From Bispira polyomma (lineage: Eukaryota), in NCBI GenBank assembly GCA_965649765.1, contig OZ287749.1, forward strand, positions 41,788,001 through 41,852,000: 64,000 nucleotides of DNA. Direction: 5' to 3'. Each line of letters opens with the position of its first letter. Position 1 is the stretch's first letter. The notes under the pieces are model-generated. The model made no database searches. It saw only the letters and a list, made by a program, of their open reading frames with translations, and had not been told where the DNA came from. Positions 1-13,595 of this stretch are shown here, in pieces. The position numbers and the translations under genes were made by a program.

Positions 1-414
1 CAAAAAGCACCTGTATATAGTTATAAGGTAGTTCAATGGCACACATATAGATGATAATTAAACAGAAACCATAACATTATTGTTACAAGAAACTCTCACC
101 TAAGTCACTATTTTGAAGACACCAATAAAATGACTAGTCTAATATAGCCTTTGTAAGGCCCTTATTTGAATGACAGACGGATTTTGTTTATCCAAACATA
201 ATGTTTTTGCATGGATAATACTATTGAAATGGTGGAATAGAATTAATACACTATAGTCTTTTGTCCTTAAATTGAAAAAAATTAACAATAAATCATGTGA
301 ATTAAACATTAAACAATTTAAACATTAAGGATCTCTAGTTTTCTTATTTAATCCAATCTTAATTTTGACTAGGTTTCCCAGCCAATCTTAAAATGGAATG
401 GGCTGACCCATCTT

Positions 415-941
415 TTTTTTCTTTTTTTTTTTTTTTTTCTTAAAAAAAGCAGCTTTATTCACCCTTTTTTCACATGATATAAAAAAAAATTAAAACAACC
501 CTGGGAGGGCGAGGGTGGGAAACCCCCCGTCAGGGCTTAACAAAAACATTTCATACACAGTATGAAGAAATATGAACATTTTAGACATTTTAGTTACATT
601 TTTGTTGTTAAAGAATACAGTCTACAATATGAACAAATTTTCGGGAGAAAAACAAACCAGAAACACAAACCATCAAAGTACATTAATTCATAATCAACTA
701 TTATTGCATAAAAGGATAAAAATATCAAGAAATTAAATAAAATATATATCTATGGCAGTTCGATTCGTTAAAACGTTGTTTAATCTCTTAAATTTTATTA
801 TTAATTGGGTTCTACCATAGATAGCCATTTAATTAAGAATTTTCTATAACTTAAGTTAATACTATACAAGAGAATATTTAATTTTGATACATTGTAATCT
901 AAATTTTTGTAACTTTATGTTATTAATGGTGAACTAAAGAT
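415..941 (-). mobile_element. 5'-truncated non-LTR retroelement insertion (L1/Tx1-like 3' end)
   Basis: 14-bp TSD GGCTGACCCATCTT at 401-414 and 942-955. Poly-T at about 411-441 is a minus-strand polyA tail, with minus-strand AATAAA at 454-459. Minus-strand frame 914-801 ends ...YRKFLIKWLSMVEPN*, resembling L1/Tx1 ORF2 C-termini. Confidence 0.75.
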
Positions 942-3900
942 GGCTGACCCATCTTAAGATAAGCTACCAAACTTAGCATCCTAAGTTGAACTTTATCATA
1001 TATTAAGATCGGCCAAATTGGAAGTTGGGCTCCAACAAAAACATTGATATATGCAGGCATGTATATATAAAAATGTGACACACTTTAAATCTCACCCCAG
1101 AGAAAGGCTACTTATAAAAACATATATGAGACACCCATTTTTTCTTTATTCTGATATACATCTTACAGTGATCAATTTGTAAAGTGAGCTTGTTGCCTTA
1201 TATAGATTTATCAGTGAGTCATACTTCCAGTTGACTTACAAGATTATTATCTATCTTGTATTATAAGGGTGGCGTTTTAATATTATATGGTGGTGGAAAA
1301 ATGTTCCTTATTGACATAATCATTGCAGTGTGTATGCCAAGTGTGTTTTGAAAGTCTTTACAAAAAGAGCTTAAATAACTATAATAATAAGACTGTATTT
1401 GTACTTTGTGAATTAAAGGAAAGACAGAGAGAGAGAAAGTAACTCATAGCTTAAGGTCAACAATGGGTGACTCATATATTAAACACGTCTGTGTGTTTAA
1501 ATAGATTTACAGTGTGAGATACCTGTAATTAAAGCTATTGTTACTTCTGAGAGCAAATAAGATTGATTACAGCCCTGAACATGTGATAGGATTTGACGAA
1601 TGGATGGAATAGATTGAAATGTGTTAAGCATCATTTATGCAGTGTGTAAAGGTATAAAGAAAATATACTAGTAACCCTAATATCCATATTACTATCATCA
1701 CAGATCAGTTCATGTTAGGTAAAAGACTAGTATTGTCCATAATAATTAAAAGTTTACTATCTGTTAAAAAAAAACACAGCAAAAACCAACAGCCTTGTTT
1801 CGGGTCTTGTTGTTCCAGACACCAATTTATTATATTGTATTCAGATTTATATTATCTGAATCCCAAAAAGACCAAAATAATCTTTTTGTAACTGGTCAAG
1901 TAGAACCAACTAGCACCAGTAACCAACCAACCAGTTCAGTCCTCTAACTGGAGAGTGACGCTTGAGGATGAGACTATTTATCAACGTCCACAAGGTTCTT
2001 TAGCCTGCCGCTGGGGGTAAGACCCAATGACAGAGGACAAACATCTTTGAGTGGTCATCCGAGCCGCTATGTGTTTGGTAGCTGGTCTCTATCTAACTAG
2101 TCGCCTCAAGTCGGTCTCAAACCCAAGTCCTCTGGATTCTTAAGTGAATATAACAAACTTGAAAAATTAGTATTTAACTTAATTAAATGAAAAGTGCTTG
2201 CTTCGTATGTCAGGTTGGTTTAAAATCTTTCCAATCATGTTCAGTGTACTACAAACAATTCCTGGAAAGTGCAGTTTTTTTTGTACTTTGTCAGCTCCAA
2301 ATCAAGTAATTAAGCCTGTATAACATAATGATGCTTGCAATAATTGTGAAGGGCATCCTTTGATATTGGTTATAATTCAGATTTAATAGTAAACAAGAAG
2401 ATTAATCACAATCCCAGTACTCATACAAACAGAGTGACTTTGAAAATTGAGGTCCCAGTATCAAGTAGCGCACTAATCAATTCCTAAATTGACTTTGATT
2501 CACTGTTCTTTGCAATCCCTGCATCTCTGGGTAAACGGGTCATAGTACACCAGCTTGTAAATCGCAAGAGGCAGACAAACAAAAAATGACACAGGCAATG
2601 CCTGTATGGTGCAAAAATATCATCTGCTAGTGATGTTCTGAAGTTATTAGTTAGACTGATTTATATTTAGACAGGAATTGTTGGATGGATAATAGAGTGA
2701 ATAGATACATCATGTAGTAGTAAAACAGCCTGACTACCTTCCTGAGTTAGGGGCCAGGTTTACTGTCTCTATATAACTTGGTAAAGCTTGTGATAGAGCT
2801 CTTGATGACTATTAGATATACTCTGCCAAATTTGGGACCAATTTTAATAACTCAACTAAAATGTTTAGCAGGACATGATGTATTTTAACTTCTTTAATTT
2901 TTTGGGTGGAAGTCATAATAATTCGTGCATGATTTTAGGCCAAGAGCCATGCCGAGTCCAAGAGAGTTTAACAAGAGCTTGTAAGGAATCATACAGAGTC
3001 CAACAAGAGTTGTCCAGAGTTAATTGACAGTAGTTGTGCCAAGTTGCTTGAAGTTATTGCATTGCACAACCTTCACATAATTTCACAAGAATTCTGTCAG
3101 CAGTATTTAAGGAAGTCCTGTTTATTAGCTCTTGCATGCTTCGTCGCAGAAAGCAGAGTTATTAACCAATAATCATTACTATCAGGCTAACCAGATATAA
3201 CTCTGTCAAATTTAGCCTAAGGGCGCCTGTCACTTTCACAAACTAAACCATCAAATCCTGTGCGAACTACAAATCGCACTCTTCGCCACTGAATGGGTAT
3301 TGTTTTTACCGTTCGCCATGTTTTCTCAACTCGACCCTAACACAATGAGATCTCGTTCTTTATGCAACAACGGCAAGTTCATGCTACGATTTCAACAAAC
3401 TAGCTTAAGTTTAAATAAGTGGGAAGCCCACTTTAACGTGTATGACTAGCCTGGTCTAAATCTCTATAGCAATTAATTGCAAAGGGTTAAAATTGAATTT
3501 TCATCATTCCTACTTGCTTATAGTATTGTTTACCTGTAGTACAGCCGGTTTTAGATAAAAGCACATGTTTACCTGTGTATTTATAACTGTATATCTAAAC
3601 ACTACACACAAGTCATGTATACACATAATGATAAACATAAACTTCTACTCTATATTTTGTTTCCACCTCAGACGCGCGGTAGATATTTATGTAATAGTTG
3701 TATATGAATTCACAGCCGATTAATCACCACCTCCTATTGTTATAAATATAGCATTCTGCTTCCTAAAGATATCTGTGGTATTCGTCTAGCCTGGGAAAAG
3801 GCGTTAGTCAGTAGTTCATTTTAATGATATGTGTCCTAATTTCAAAATTAAGGTACACCTAAAGCAACTTCAGATATGTCAAGGTTGACAATTAACCAAG

Positions 3901-3984
3901 TACCTATAGATAGACCTCCACATTGACAGTAGGACACATTATTTTCAACGAGTAATCACTAATTCGTATCCTAACCTACTATAT

Positions 3985-4262
3985 AAAATAACAATAAGAA
4001 TTGTTTAATTTCATATAGCACACTTCTAACATCACTGTTATCAAATGCGCTTTGATATTATTACCCCAGCCTGGGTTCTTTCACTTGTTAACCAATTCTT
4101 CAGTCTCAGCTCCCTCAGGAAGCCTACTAGCTGCACTGTCACATACAGCACACAAAGACTAACGCCCATTAGTGGCCAGGTACCCATTTATACACCTAAA
4201 TAGAGAGGTACAACTTTGTGTAAAGTACCTTGTCCAAGGGTACAAGGGTAGAATTAGAATCT
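3985..4262 (-). mobile_element. CORE-like SINE copy
   Basis: Aligns by eye with 19800-20040 (atcactgttatc.aatgcgctttgatattattaccccagcctg ... caggtacccattta). Further fragments near 7200-7330, 19020-19115 and 53920-54050. Confidence 0.75.
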
Positions 4263-7200
4263 CAATTATTCAAACCCTGTATATCCGAAGAAAGAAAAAT
4301 GCCTATCTGCACAATAGTGCTATTAGTGTTGGTATTATTGCTGATTGAACCGCTACTTACTAAGTGGAAGAACATTTAATGACAGCGATGTTCAAAACTG
4401 TGCTATATCATATGATTATTATTATTACTTTGTATTAAAACTATTATGTCTGTTCTGGTACAAAATAAGTTATCTAGACCGACTTATTTATTTAGTCCCA
4501 TATATGTTAAAATGAACACTTTGTGATTATTGCAACAACATGTAAAAATATGGCAGAACTTTATCCAATAAGAGACACAAAAACCGACTTTTGGCTGATT
4601 ATTTCATAGAATTACACAGGTTGTGTTATCTGAAACTTTGGGTAAAATATCGCCTTAGGAAAAGTTAAGACCCTGCTGCCTGCACTATGGCAGTATTAGA
4701 TTGATACGTTTGATATTAGTGTAGTTGGACATTTTATAACTTTTAGGAGTATTAGTATTGGCAGTATTAGGATCATAAATATTAGAACCTTTAAATGAAA
4801 AGTAAATACGCCATTAAACTCTGTAGGTTACAAGCTGATGAAGTATTGTACATGTAGTTATTAAAAATGGACTATTGGTAAACAACTGGGAATAAATAGA
4901 GCTATACTTGGTATAGGTGAAGTATAATTGGTGGCATGCATTTATGGTTTCTTGTCATCATGTTTTGTGACAAATAACAGTTATTTACAGCTGTGGAATT
5001 TTACCATTATTCTACATACATTGAAATGTAAAGAATGTAAAAAAAAAAAAAAAACTGATATAAAACTGATATAAACTGAACACATTTTTAATACATAATT
5101 TTTGGAAGAAATGTCTGATGTTGATTTGTGTGTACCTTAAGTAGAATACATGAATAGGATTCCTATTTGTGATAAATTTTGAAAATAGGACACATTTTCA
5201 GCGCATGAACACCAATTGTTATATTCACCTTGGCAACTCAATCTATAATAACACTATTTCATATTCTTGTGAATTATTGGTTAAAGACTGTGTTTAGTAG
5301 ACATATTAGGCTTTTAGAGGCAGTTTATAGAATAACCTTTTATATCCTTAACTATGCACAATTCCCTGTATATGGGTATTATGTATAGGTTAAGGAACTT
5401 AAGGTACGAAACCCTGCATGAGAGACCACCTGTACTACTCAATCGTGTTTCTGTAAAGACTACCTTTCTAAAATCTACTTGGCCACTGTTTTGTTAATGT
5501 TAACCTGTATATGAAGACCATCAGACGTCTGGTGAGTCAGGAGTATTTCTAGACAAGTTTTGACTGTATGTGCTACAAGTGGTTTTCTGTAAACCTGTTT
5601 GGACGGTATATTGGCCATAGTAACCTTATAACAACATTCTTATTGCAGACATCTACTATTGTTTGTTTTTCATTCTCTACTTGTTTTCCAGTCACGTGGT
5701 TAATAACTACTATGCTTAACACAAAGGACCTACATTCGATCCCAGCCTGGGGCTTCTAGGTACCGGAACAAATGATCACTTAAAACGATTGGGTCATATC
5801 TCTCCATGGTCCGGCTAAAGAAGTATGGGGATGAAGATAAATAGTCATCCTCAAGTATCTATTTTGAGTTTACTTAAGTTATGGGGAATGACAGGTACTG
5901 CTGCTTGTTGGTCTGTTGGGCAGTCAAGAAAAGGGTAACACGCACATTGAGTCCCACAATGTTGGGATTTATGGCATTTAATATCATTTTTAACTACAGT
6001 GTTTTACAGATAGAATATATCTATTATCATAATCCATCAAGATAGGTAAAAAGTAAGACTTCTATTTGATTTTTTTTAAATTGATGTTTTAGTAGGGTGT
6101 ATTTTATTATTCTCTTTTGCCTTGTTCAGAAATCTTTACTTCAAACATATGGTCTTGTTAGTACACACATTGTCTTGTGGTCTGTAGAAGCAGGCATTTG
6201 ATCAGATAAGAACACAGCAATATGAGGATACTGTGTGGCGAATCTTAAGAATGTTAAGTCCAAATTATTTTTTCAGTAATCTAAAGCCATTTAATAAAAA
6301 AGAAGATATATGACCATACAAATGTTTATGGCCTAAATAAATCAATTAGCTCTGGTTATTTAATAGCAGAAGGTATGTGATTCTAAGAGCTTTTATCAGG
6401 TGTCTTCAGCTTGCAAGTGCCAGGCGTCCTAAATGGGTTAGTTCACCCCTTTTTCTCTTTAGTTTATACAGATTGGAACATGTATAATTGCAGAGAATAT
6501 AGTTTCTAACAAAAAATAAGGTAACTTCAATATCTATTTTGATGAAGTAATGCAAATAATCATATGTACTTGTTTGCACCTCAATAGCAAATCAAATATA
6601 TCTATGTTTATAAATTTCTCTTTTGTGTGCATATTTTACCGATGAAGTAAAATGCCTTTACAGATAAATGTAATGGACCAATGATATTCCAATGATTATG
6701 ACAGAGAGTGAAATAATAAAGGTCTGTCGGTGCATTTTCACTGGGAAGTAGAGTTCTGAGAAAACTGGAAATAGTATGCAGGTTTTTAAAATAATACCAG
6801 ACCTGGTTGTTTTAAACTACATACCCAATGTTATGTTAAAGCTGTAGTTATACTTATTTTTTAACTTTTATAAATTACATAATAGCAACATTACATCATA
6901 CCATGTACAATATTAATTCATTCAGAAGGTGTTTTTGTAATGATGCTCCACCACATGTAGAATGGTATATTTCTTTTGTAAGTAATCTTTAAGTATACTG
7001 CAAATAAGTTGTCAACATATTTATATTAATGATTTTCTCATTATTACCCAGTTTAATATTTATGTTAATACTCTCTATAAATTAGTCCCAGTTAATGTAA
7101 ATGTGTAGGTCTATAGTCTTGCTATGACCATTCTTGAGGTATCAACTGACTTTATCGACAATTTACACCTCAGTCTCAGTTCTACTTTTTAACCTACCAA

Positions 7201-7684
7201 TTGTTGAATCACAGCTAGCCATGCTGCCATATGCGATGCAAAGACTGACAACCATCAGCAGCCAGGTACTCATTAATGCACCTGGTTGGAGATCTAGAAG
7301 AGGAATACCTTTGTGTGACATACCTTGTACAATTTTTGGACCTGCAGTGAAGATCAATCCTGGAACCTTATTATGAAAGATCGACTTGCTTATTTTGTTT
7401 GATCAACACAAGCTAAGTTCCTGCCATGCATTTAAATAATAATAATGAAAGTCAACCCGTCAATGACCTATTCTGCAATATAATGTATTCAGCCGTTAAA
7501 GCAATGCCTATCTGGGTAGCACATTGTCATATGTCCCAAATTAGCTTTTAAAAGTAACATAGTGGACAAAGGACAGCTATGTGAGTTGTCGAAGTTTGTG
7601 TTTGGCACTTTATTTACACAAATACTTCAAATGCAACCTACTGCATGCAAAAGTTTGAATATGTGTAACTAATTATAATTAAGG

Positions 7685-7922
7685 CTAGTTTCATTTGGTC
7701 GGATAACATCCTTAGGCAAGATGTGAACACAAGTTTGCCTAGTGCCTCAGATGATCACTTAAAATGGCAGTCCTCTGTCACTGAGTAATATTTCCAGTGG
7801 CAAATTAAAGATCCTTGGGGACGTTGATAAATAGTCATCCTCAAGCAAGCCTCGGTGCCCATGAGGAAGCGCATTTAAAACGTCCCTGCGTTGTTTAACG
7901 GCACTATAACAAATGCCCTATT
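7685..7922 (+). mobile_element. SINE body, same family as 54058
   Basis: Near-identical to 54460-54665. Confidence 0.75.
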
Positions 7923-9446
7923 TCATTTCAGAACCAACAGAAGCCTACATGTAGATCTGAAAACATGCACCGAAATAGGTCCCTTGATTACAAGAAAAAC
8001 AAAGTAAATATGCTATTTCCACAAAAATACACATCCTTTTCCCAACACTTTGCCACAGTAACATTCCACACATTTCAGAGAATAATTCATACAAAGGCTA
8101 TAACACATATTTCACCTTTTACAACCTATAATGACATTGATATCTGTACAATCCTATCAATAGTTTTCACTTTTCAGCGACATCAATCAGCCAATCAAAG
8201 GAATACATACTTGGTTAAGTATATTCAGTTTTTAGAAGATTCTCAGAAATACAGCGGTATTGTTCTATAGAGTCAAGCTGGATTTTATCTAGTTCTAGTG
8301 CACAGTCCTTAAGATAAAAACATTTGGAATATGAAGACATATGAAAAGAATGTTATACATGAACCAACATTTATTTCCATATTTGTTGGGTTTGGGTACA
8401 GACACTATACAAAGGTTGATAACGCAAGTTACCATTACCATAACCTGTAGCTATTTGTTAGATGAAACAAGCTATTTACATAGCTGATAAATACTTAGGG
8501 TTACCTTTAATTGAACCTCTGTTTAGTTGAGGTTACCATAACCTAAAGCTTAAGCAAACCAGAGCTAGTGTAAAGTGGGTAAACTCAATTTAGGATTACT
8601 TAAACTGGCTTACCCTAAAGCTAAACCCAACAACCGTTAGTAGGCATAGAACCAGGAACCTTTTGATCATCAGACCAACATCCTAACCATTAGTCCACGG
8701 GGATCACATTATTTTATCTTTCTTACTATTTATTGCCCAGAGTTTACTTCCCAAATTATATTTACAACATTTGATGATGGTGACATAAAGAAAGGGTAAT
8801 AATGTCACCGTATAAATATCATATATAATCACACCTCAAAATGAAAAAATATGTGGAATCAACAAAGAGTGAATGGTGCATTGGAGGTTATATTGACCAG
8901 ATTCGTTTACATATGTATTTGTAGAGGCACATTACAATATTTCAACCACATTATTGTAACAAAATTTCAAATGGTTTATAAACTTAATTTATGTTACATC
9001 TATGACTATCTGAGTATGATTTAACTTACATAGCCATTAAATAGTTTTCATTTCATTATATTTATAACAGCTAGTATTCAATATTGACATTTTATTCATA
9101 TGAGCAGACTATAGTGGCTAGAAAGTGTTTAAAGACATAACAAATAGTTATCAAATGTGATAACGCATATAACACAAATCATGTATCAGTAACCTGTTCG
9201 CTTTTTGTCATTTTTGAAAACTTAACTCCTGATATTTGTGATATATTAAAGCGTCATCTGTGTGATGGTGAATTTAAGTCCATAGTGACCTGGAGATACC
9301 TGCATAGAGCATAAATACTTTATTGCAGAGAATCTCTTATAACCTCTGAGTCATAACTGACAAAGTAATCAGTCCTTAGTATGGCAGATTGACGACAATG
9401 AAAACTCAAACCTGAGACAGAATTATAATTGATATATGTTATAGTA

Positions 9447-9622
9447 CAGTAGAACCTCTAATATCAGAGATTATCTAAATATAGGACTTTATTTTACTCT
9501 CCTCAATTGACGTTTTTCCATTGCTGTTTATCCTAAGATGTCTCTTCTATCTTATGATCTTTCTAGTATGTTTACAAAATCTTGCTCTCCCAACATGTGC
9601 GTTAAATAGAGGGTATACACTG
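9447..9622. mobile_element. Tc1/mariner (pogo/Tigger-like) MITE remnant
   Basis: TA|CAGTAGAACCTCTA ... TAGAGGGTATACACTG|TA. A similar remnant at about 5405-5568 ends gttttgactg|ta. Confidence 0.5.
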
Positions 9623-11254
9623 TATGAGAATTGACATCTATATTATTTCATCTTGTTAATTAGTCTAAAATAATTTCATGTAAACTCGGTGGTTGCCAGG
9701 TTAACATCAGTATTTAGCATTTCAATTCAAATTTCATATTAACCTGTGCTGGCCAGGCTAAAACCAGTATATAGCATTTCAATTATAAATTCCCTCCAAA
9801 TCACACTTCTGATTCAGTCAACAGCCACGCCTCCCACCCCTCCCCCCCCCTTACTATAAAGTCTAACTTTTTAAAATCTAACAATAGGGCATCACTGGTG
9901 CTAAAAATAGCATTATCATATACACAATATAGTCCATATATATGTATAAACATATGGTGCTTTGAAATCAATTTTTCTATTTTAGAAGGAGTTCTGTTGG
10001 AAGGAGGTCAACCTTTTGTGCACGACTAATGATTTATAAGATATAGAGATATGCATATACAATAGACTTTATATGTGGGTGGGGAGGAAGGTGGGTGGGT
10101 GGCTGGGAGATCAGGCCTCAGCTAAGCCCTGTCAGAAAAAGTGGTCAATCATTTCTTTCCTCTCCACTGGGTTCAAATTTGTGTGGGGGCGGCATCTTAA
10201 AAGGGGGGGGGGGGGTGTTATTAGAAACTCCTAGACCGGAAGTCATTTAACCATATATAGGCCATGTGTGTGTTAGGAAGAATAGAATAAGAAAAGAAGA
10301 TGAACCCTGTATGTTTATGTTGGTTTAATTATATGTGATACTGTATAGAATATTATATGATTAATGTGGTGGCTTATATAATCTAACTTCAATAGAAGGA
10401 GGAATATAATGAAGATTTATAATTTTCCATCTTTCTTTGTACCTTTGTTTTGAATACATTGATTCTATATATCTCAAACATACATACTATGCCTTCACTG
10501 ATGTAGAATTTAACAACAGGCTATAATATCATATGCATTTTTAAACTTTTCCCATTGTTATTAAAATACATTGATTCTATATCTCAAACATACAAACTAT
10601 GTCTGTTCACTAAATGTAGAGTTCAACAACAGGCTTATATTATGCATACGGATTTTTTAAAAAATTTTCCTATATGTTGTTTAAAATTCACATCCCTGAT
10701 CATTGGGCAGGGGTATTTGTTTTTAGATGAACCATATTTGTGGCTACATTTCCTACTAAAGATTTACAGCACACACACAGCCTTGTTTATGACACTAAAA
10801 ACTTGTGCAAATATGTAACATCACTCCATTCTGACCACAAAAACCCACTTTAATAGTCACGACTTTTACAAGATTGTTAATTCTTTTGTTTAGCTGTGTT
10901 TGCAGCACAGTCATATTCTAACGGCAAGTGCATGAGGATATTTTGTTTTGTATACGGATTAAATAGCTCAAAGTTTGATATAAAAAGCTCTGACCTAAAT
11001 CAAGTATAATCTGAGCCTAGTGTGCAAATTGTTTACTCTAAAATTACTGGACCGTATGTTCCATACACAAATATAGATACATATGCATGCATATTATTAA
11101 TCCAATCTTGTAAAGACAGAATTTCAACAACAGGCTAAAAATAACTGTGTAGTGGGTCAAATATGGAGCAACAAGAAACACCCATTAGTTTTACCCCTGA
11201 TTTTTATGTTTAATGTACATAATAATGTAGGACCCTTAAAATACAAACCATTTT

Positions 11255-11460
11255 TTCCACCCGCGAGGAAACAAACCAAACTCAACTGGCCATGTTATAA
11301 TGATTCTGTATACACACATATATATAAACCCGCCAAAACGGCCGCCTGGAAATGATAAACAGAGCGCATAGGAGCCACCGCTCGAAATTTTCTCCACAAC
11401 TATACCGCAAACCGATGACTCAGAATTGTGGTGACTCACCGCCCGGGAACCTTCACTCTC
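11255..11460 (+). promoter_or_regulatory. Candidate promoter/enhancer of the bZIP gene
   Basis: Local CpG-rich patch in CpG-poor DNA about 0.8 kb upstream of the first coding exon. TATATAAA at 11321, E2F-like CCCGCCAAA just after it, TGACTCA at 11416-11422 and 11432-11438, kB-like GGGAACCTTC near 11445. Confidence 0.55.
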
Positions 11461-12239
11461 ACTCAAACCTATTTTATCTTTATGTAAAGAAGCTAGGCAT
11501 TCTCTATTTCGTACCTGAAAGGCACACATACACAGTGTCCACGATTTATATGTATACACAACTTTATATTGTGTGTATACAATGTATATAATATTAGATT
11601 CAATGAAATGTCAAAACACAAACAATTTATGCAAATGTGACATTTTAATATTACATTTTTTTCTTCTTGTTTTCAGGCTTTAGCATATTATAAAGAATAA
11701 TATCAGTATGTTTGTGTGTGTTTTGTTGGATGGATACTTTGTAACCGCCGGGTTGTTTACATGGTTGTTTATTATATTATTGTTGTTGTTTTAATCCGTT
11801 TTGGCAACTATCTCACTAATCGTGGAATGCACATCTATAATGAAGAAACACCAGGAAAAGTATGGAAATATATATTTGGATGTGTTATAAAAATAGAATT
11901 AATAGCTCACGTCAATGCGATGTCACATTATTCAGACCAGGCTTCATCTGATTAGCTGACACATATTTTATACCTCTTTGTCAATCCATGGAAGCTGAAT
12001 GAGAGGTCAATTGAGTTTGATTGAAATACTGAATATGATATAATGAATGTGTATTATATATATATGTATATATATATATATATGTATATATGTACAGATG
12101 GTAAACATTGTCATAAAGCATAATCATATGTGAACTCACTGATCTAACTGGTGCAGAGGAGAATATTTTGCAAGGCAATAGCTGTGTCTTAGGGTAATTT
12201 ATGAGCAAATTACAGGTATTTCTGTCTGGTTTTAGAGCC

Positions 12240-13595
12240 ATGGGTGGTTACCCTAAATGGAACAAAACAAAGAGTTTGGACCTTAATGCTAACTGTTTAG
12301 GTTATGAGAATAGACAGAGTGGGATTGGATTGGCTTCAGGCTGGATCGAGGAGACCATGCAGAGACCAGATGACAGTGGCAAGGCAACCATTTTAAGGTA
12401 TCAACGACCACCAGACCATGGTCTGCAACCTATCATGTATAGAACAGATGGCAATGGTAAGGCAACAATGTCAAGGGATCAACAACCACCAGACCATGGT
12501 CTGCAACCCATCATGTATAGAACAGATGGCAATGGTAAGGCAACAATGTCAAGGGATCAACATCCACCAGACCATGGTCTGCAATCTACCATGTACAGAA
12601 CAGATGGCTGTGGTAAGACCACTATGTCAAGGGTTCAGCAACCTTCAGACCATGGTCTACAACTCGCCATGTGTGGAACATATGGCAGTGGTGAGACTAC
12701 TACAGCAAGGTTTCAGCAACCACCAGGGCATAGCCATCCACCCGAATTTGGGCAAAGTTTGCAACCCTCATCAGCCAACACTCATAGTTTTGTCAGTGAG
12801 TTACTCGGACCATTCAGCCATGACCAGCAGACATTTAGTGCTGGTTGTCATAGTGGCGGTGAAAGACAAGAGGGTGATACAGTGCACTGGGGTCAAAGTT
12901 TATTGCCAAGCCTACCAAGCCGACCAGACCAGCAGCAGTTTTCTAACAAAAGTACAGCTGGTACACTAGATCGAGGACAGTTTACTAGTGAGGCATTTGA
13001 ACGCATGGATGACGTCACTACAGCTATTGGCGGGTTTTTGATTGACCAACCTAAGCATTCTCGAACTGGTGGGGATAGAGGGTTATTTTCTTATGGTTCC
13101 TTACCTCCTTGCAGTTATGGCAATATGGGCGTGAGTGGGGACTCAATGGCCTATCCTGAGAATGTTACCAAACAGCTGACTGAGATCAATAACAGCAGTG
13201 ATTATCTACCTAGTCATATTGATCCCCACTTTGACAAGAAAACTTCACCTGCTTTTACTCAGTCACCGGGGAATTCCCAACATTATTACTCAGAGCAGAC
13301 GACTTTTTCGACGACCACAAATGATATGGCAGTTTTAGCTCAAAGAAGTAGTTTGACGGGTTTTGAGCAGAGGTATGAACGCCAGGACATTGTGGATACC
13401 AGTAATATGTGGCAGCCTGCAAAGGGTACTCACTTGAGTACCAGTTGTCCACCAAAAGCAGCTGGAAAAGTGACCGGAAGTGAGGATACACAGAAAATGC
13501 TGAGCCAAGGGGGGAGTGGCCTAACTGCCGAGCCTGTGACTGACAGCAGTAATTGTGAAGACCTTAGTGATATAGAACAGTTGTATAATATATTG
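12240..13595 (+). CDS. First coding exon of the bZIP gene (452 aa; low-complexity N-terminus with 26-aa repeats)
   Basis: Lies in the long ORF 12201-13625, with higher GC than its flanks. Acceptor tttctgtctggttttAG ends at 12235, followed by agccATGG (good Kozak-like context, ATG at 12240). Donor TTG|gtaagc at 13596, phase 0. Confidence 0.75.

Noticed and set aside
12201-12239. ORF-track start MSKLQVFLSGFRA
   Set aside because: It overlaps the polypyrimidine tract and acceptor (AG 12234-12235), so it is likely intronic. ATG 12240 is preferred.
12418-12969. 183-aa overlapping ORF
   Set aside because: Alternative frame of the 78-nt coding repeat. It stays open because the unit lacks stops.
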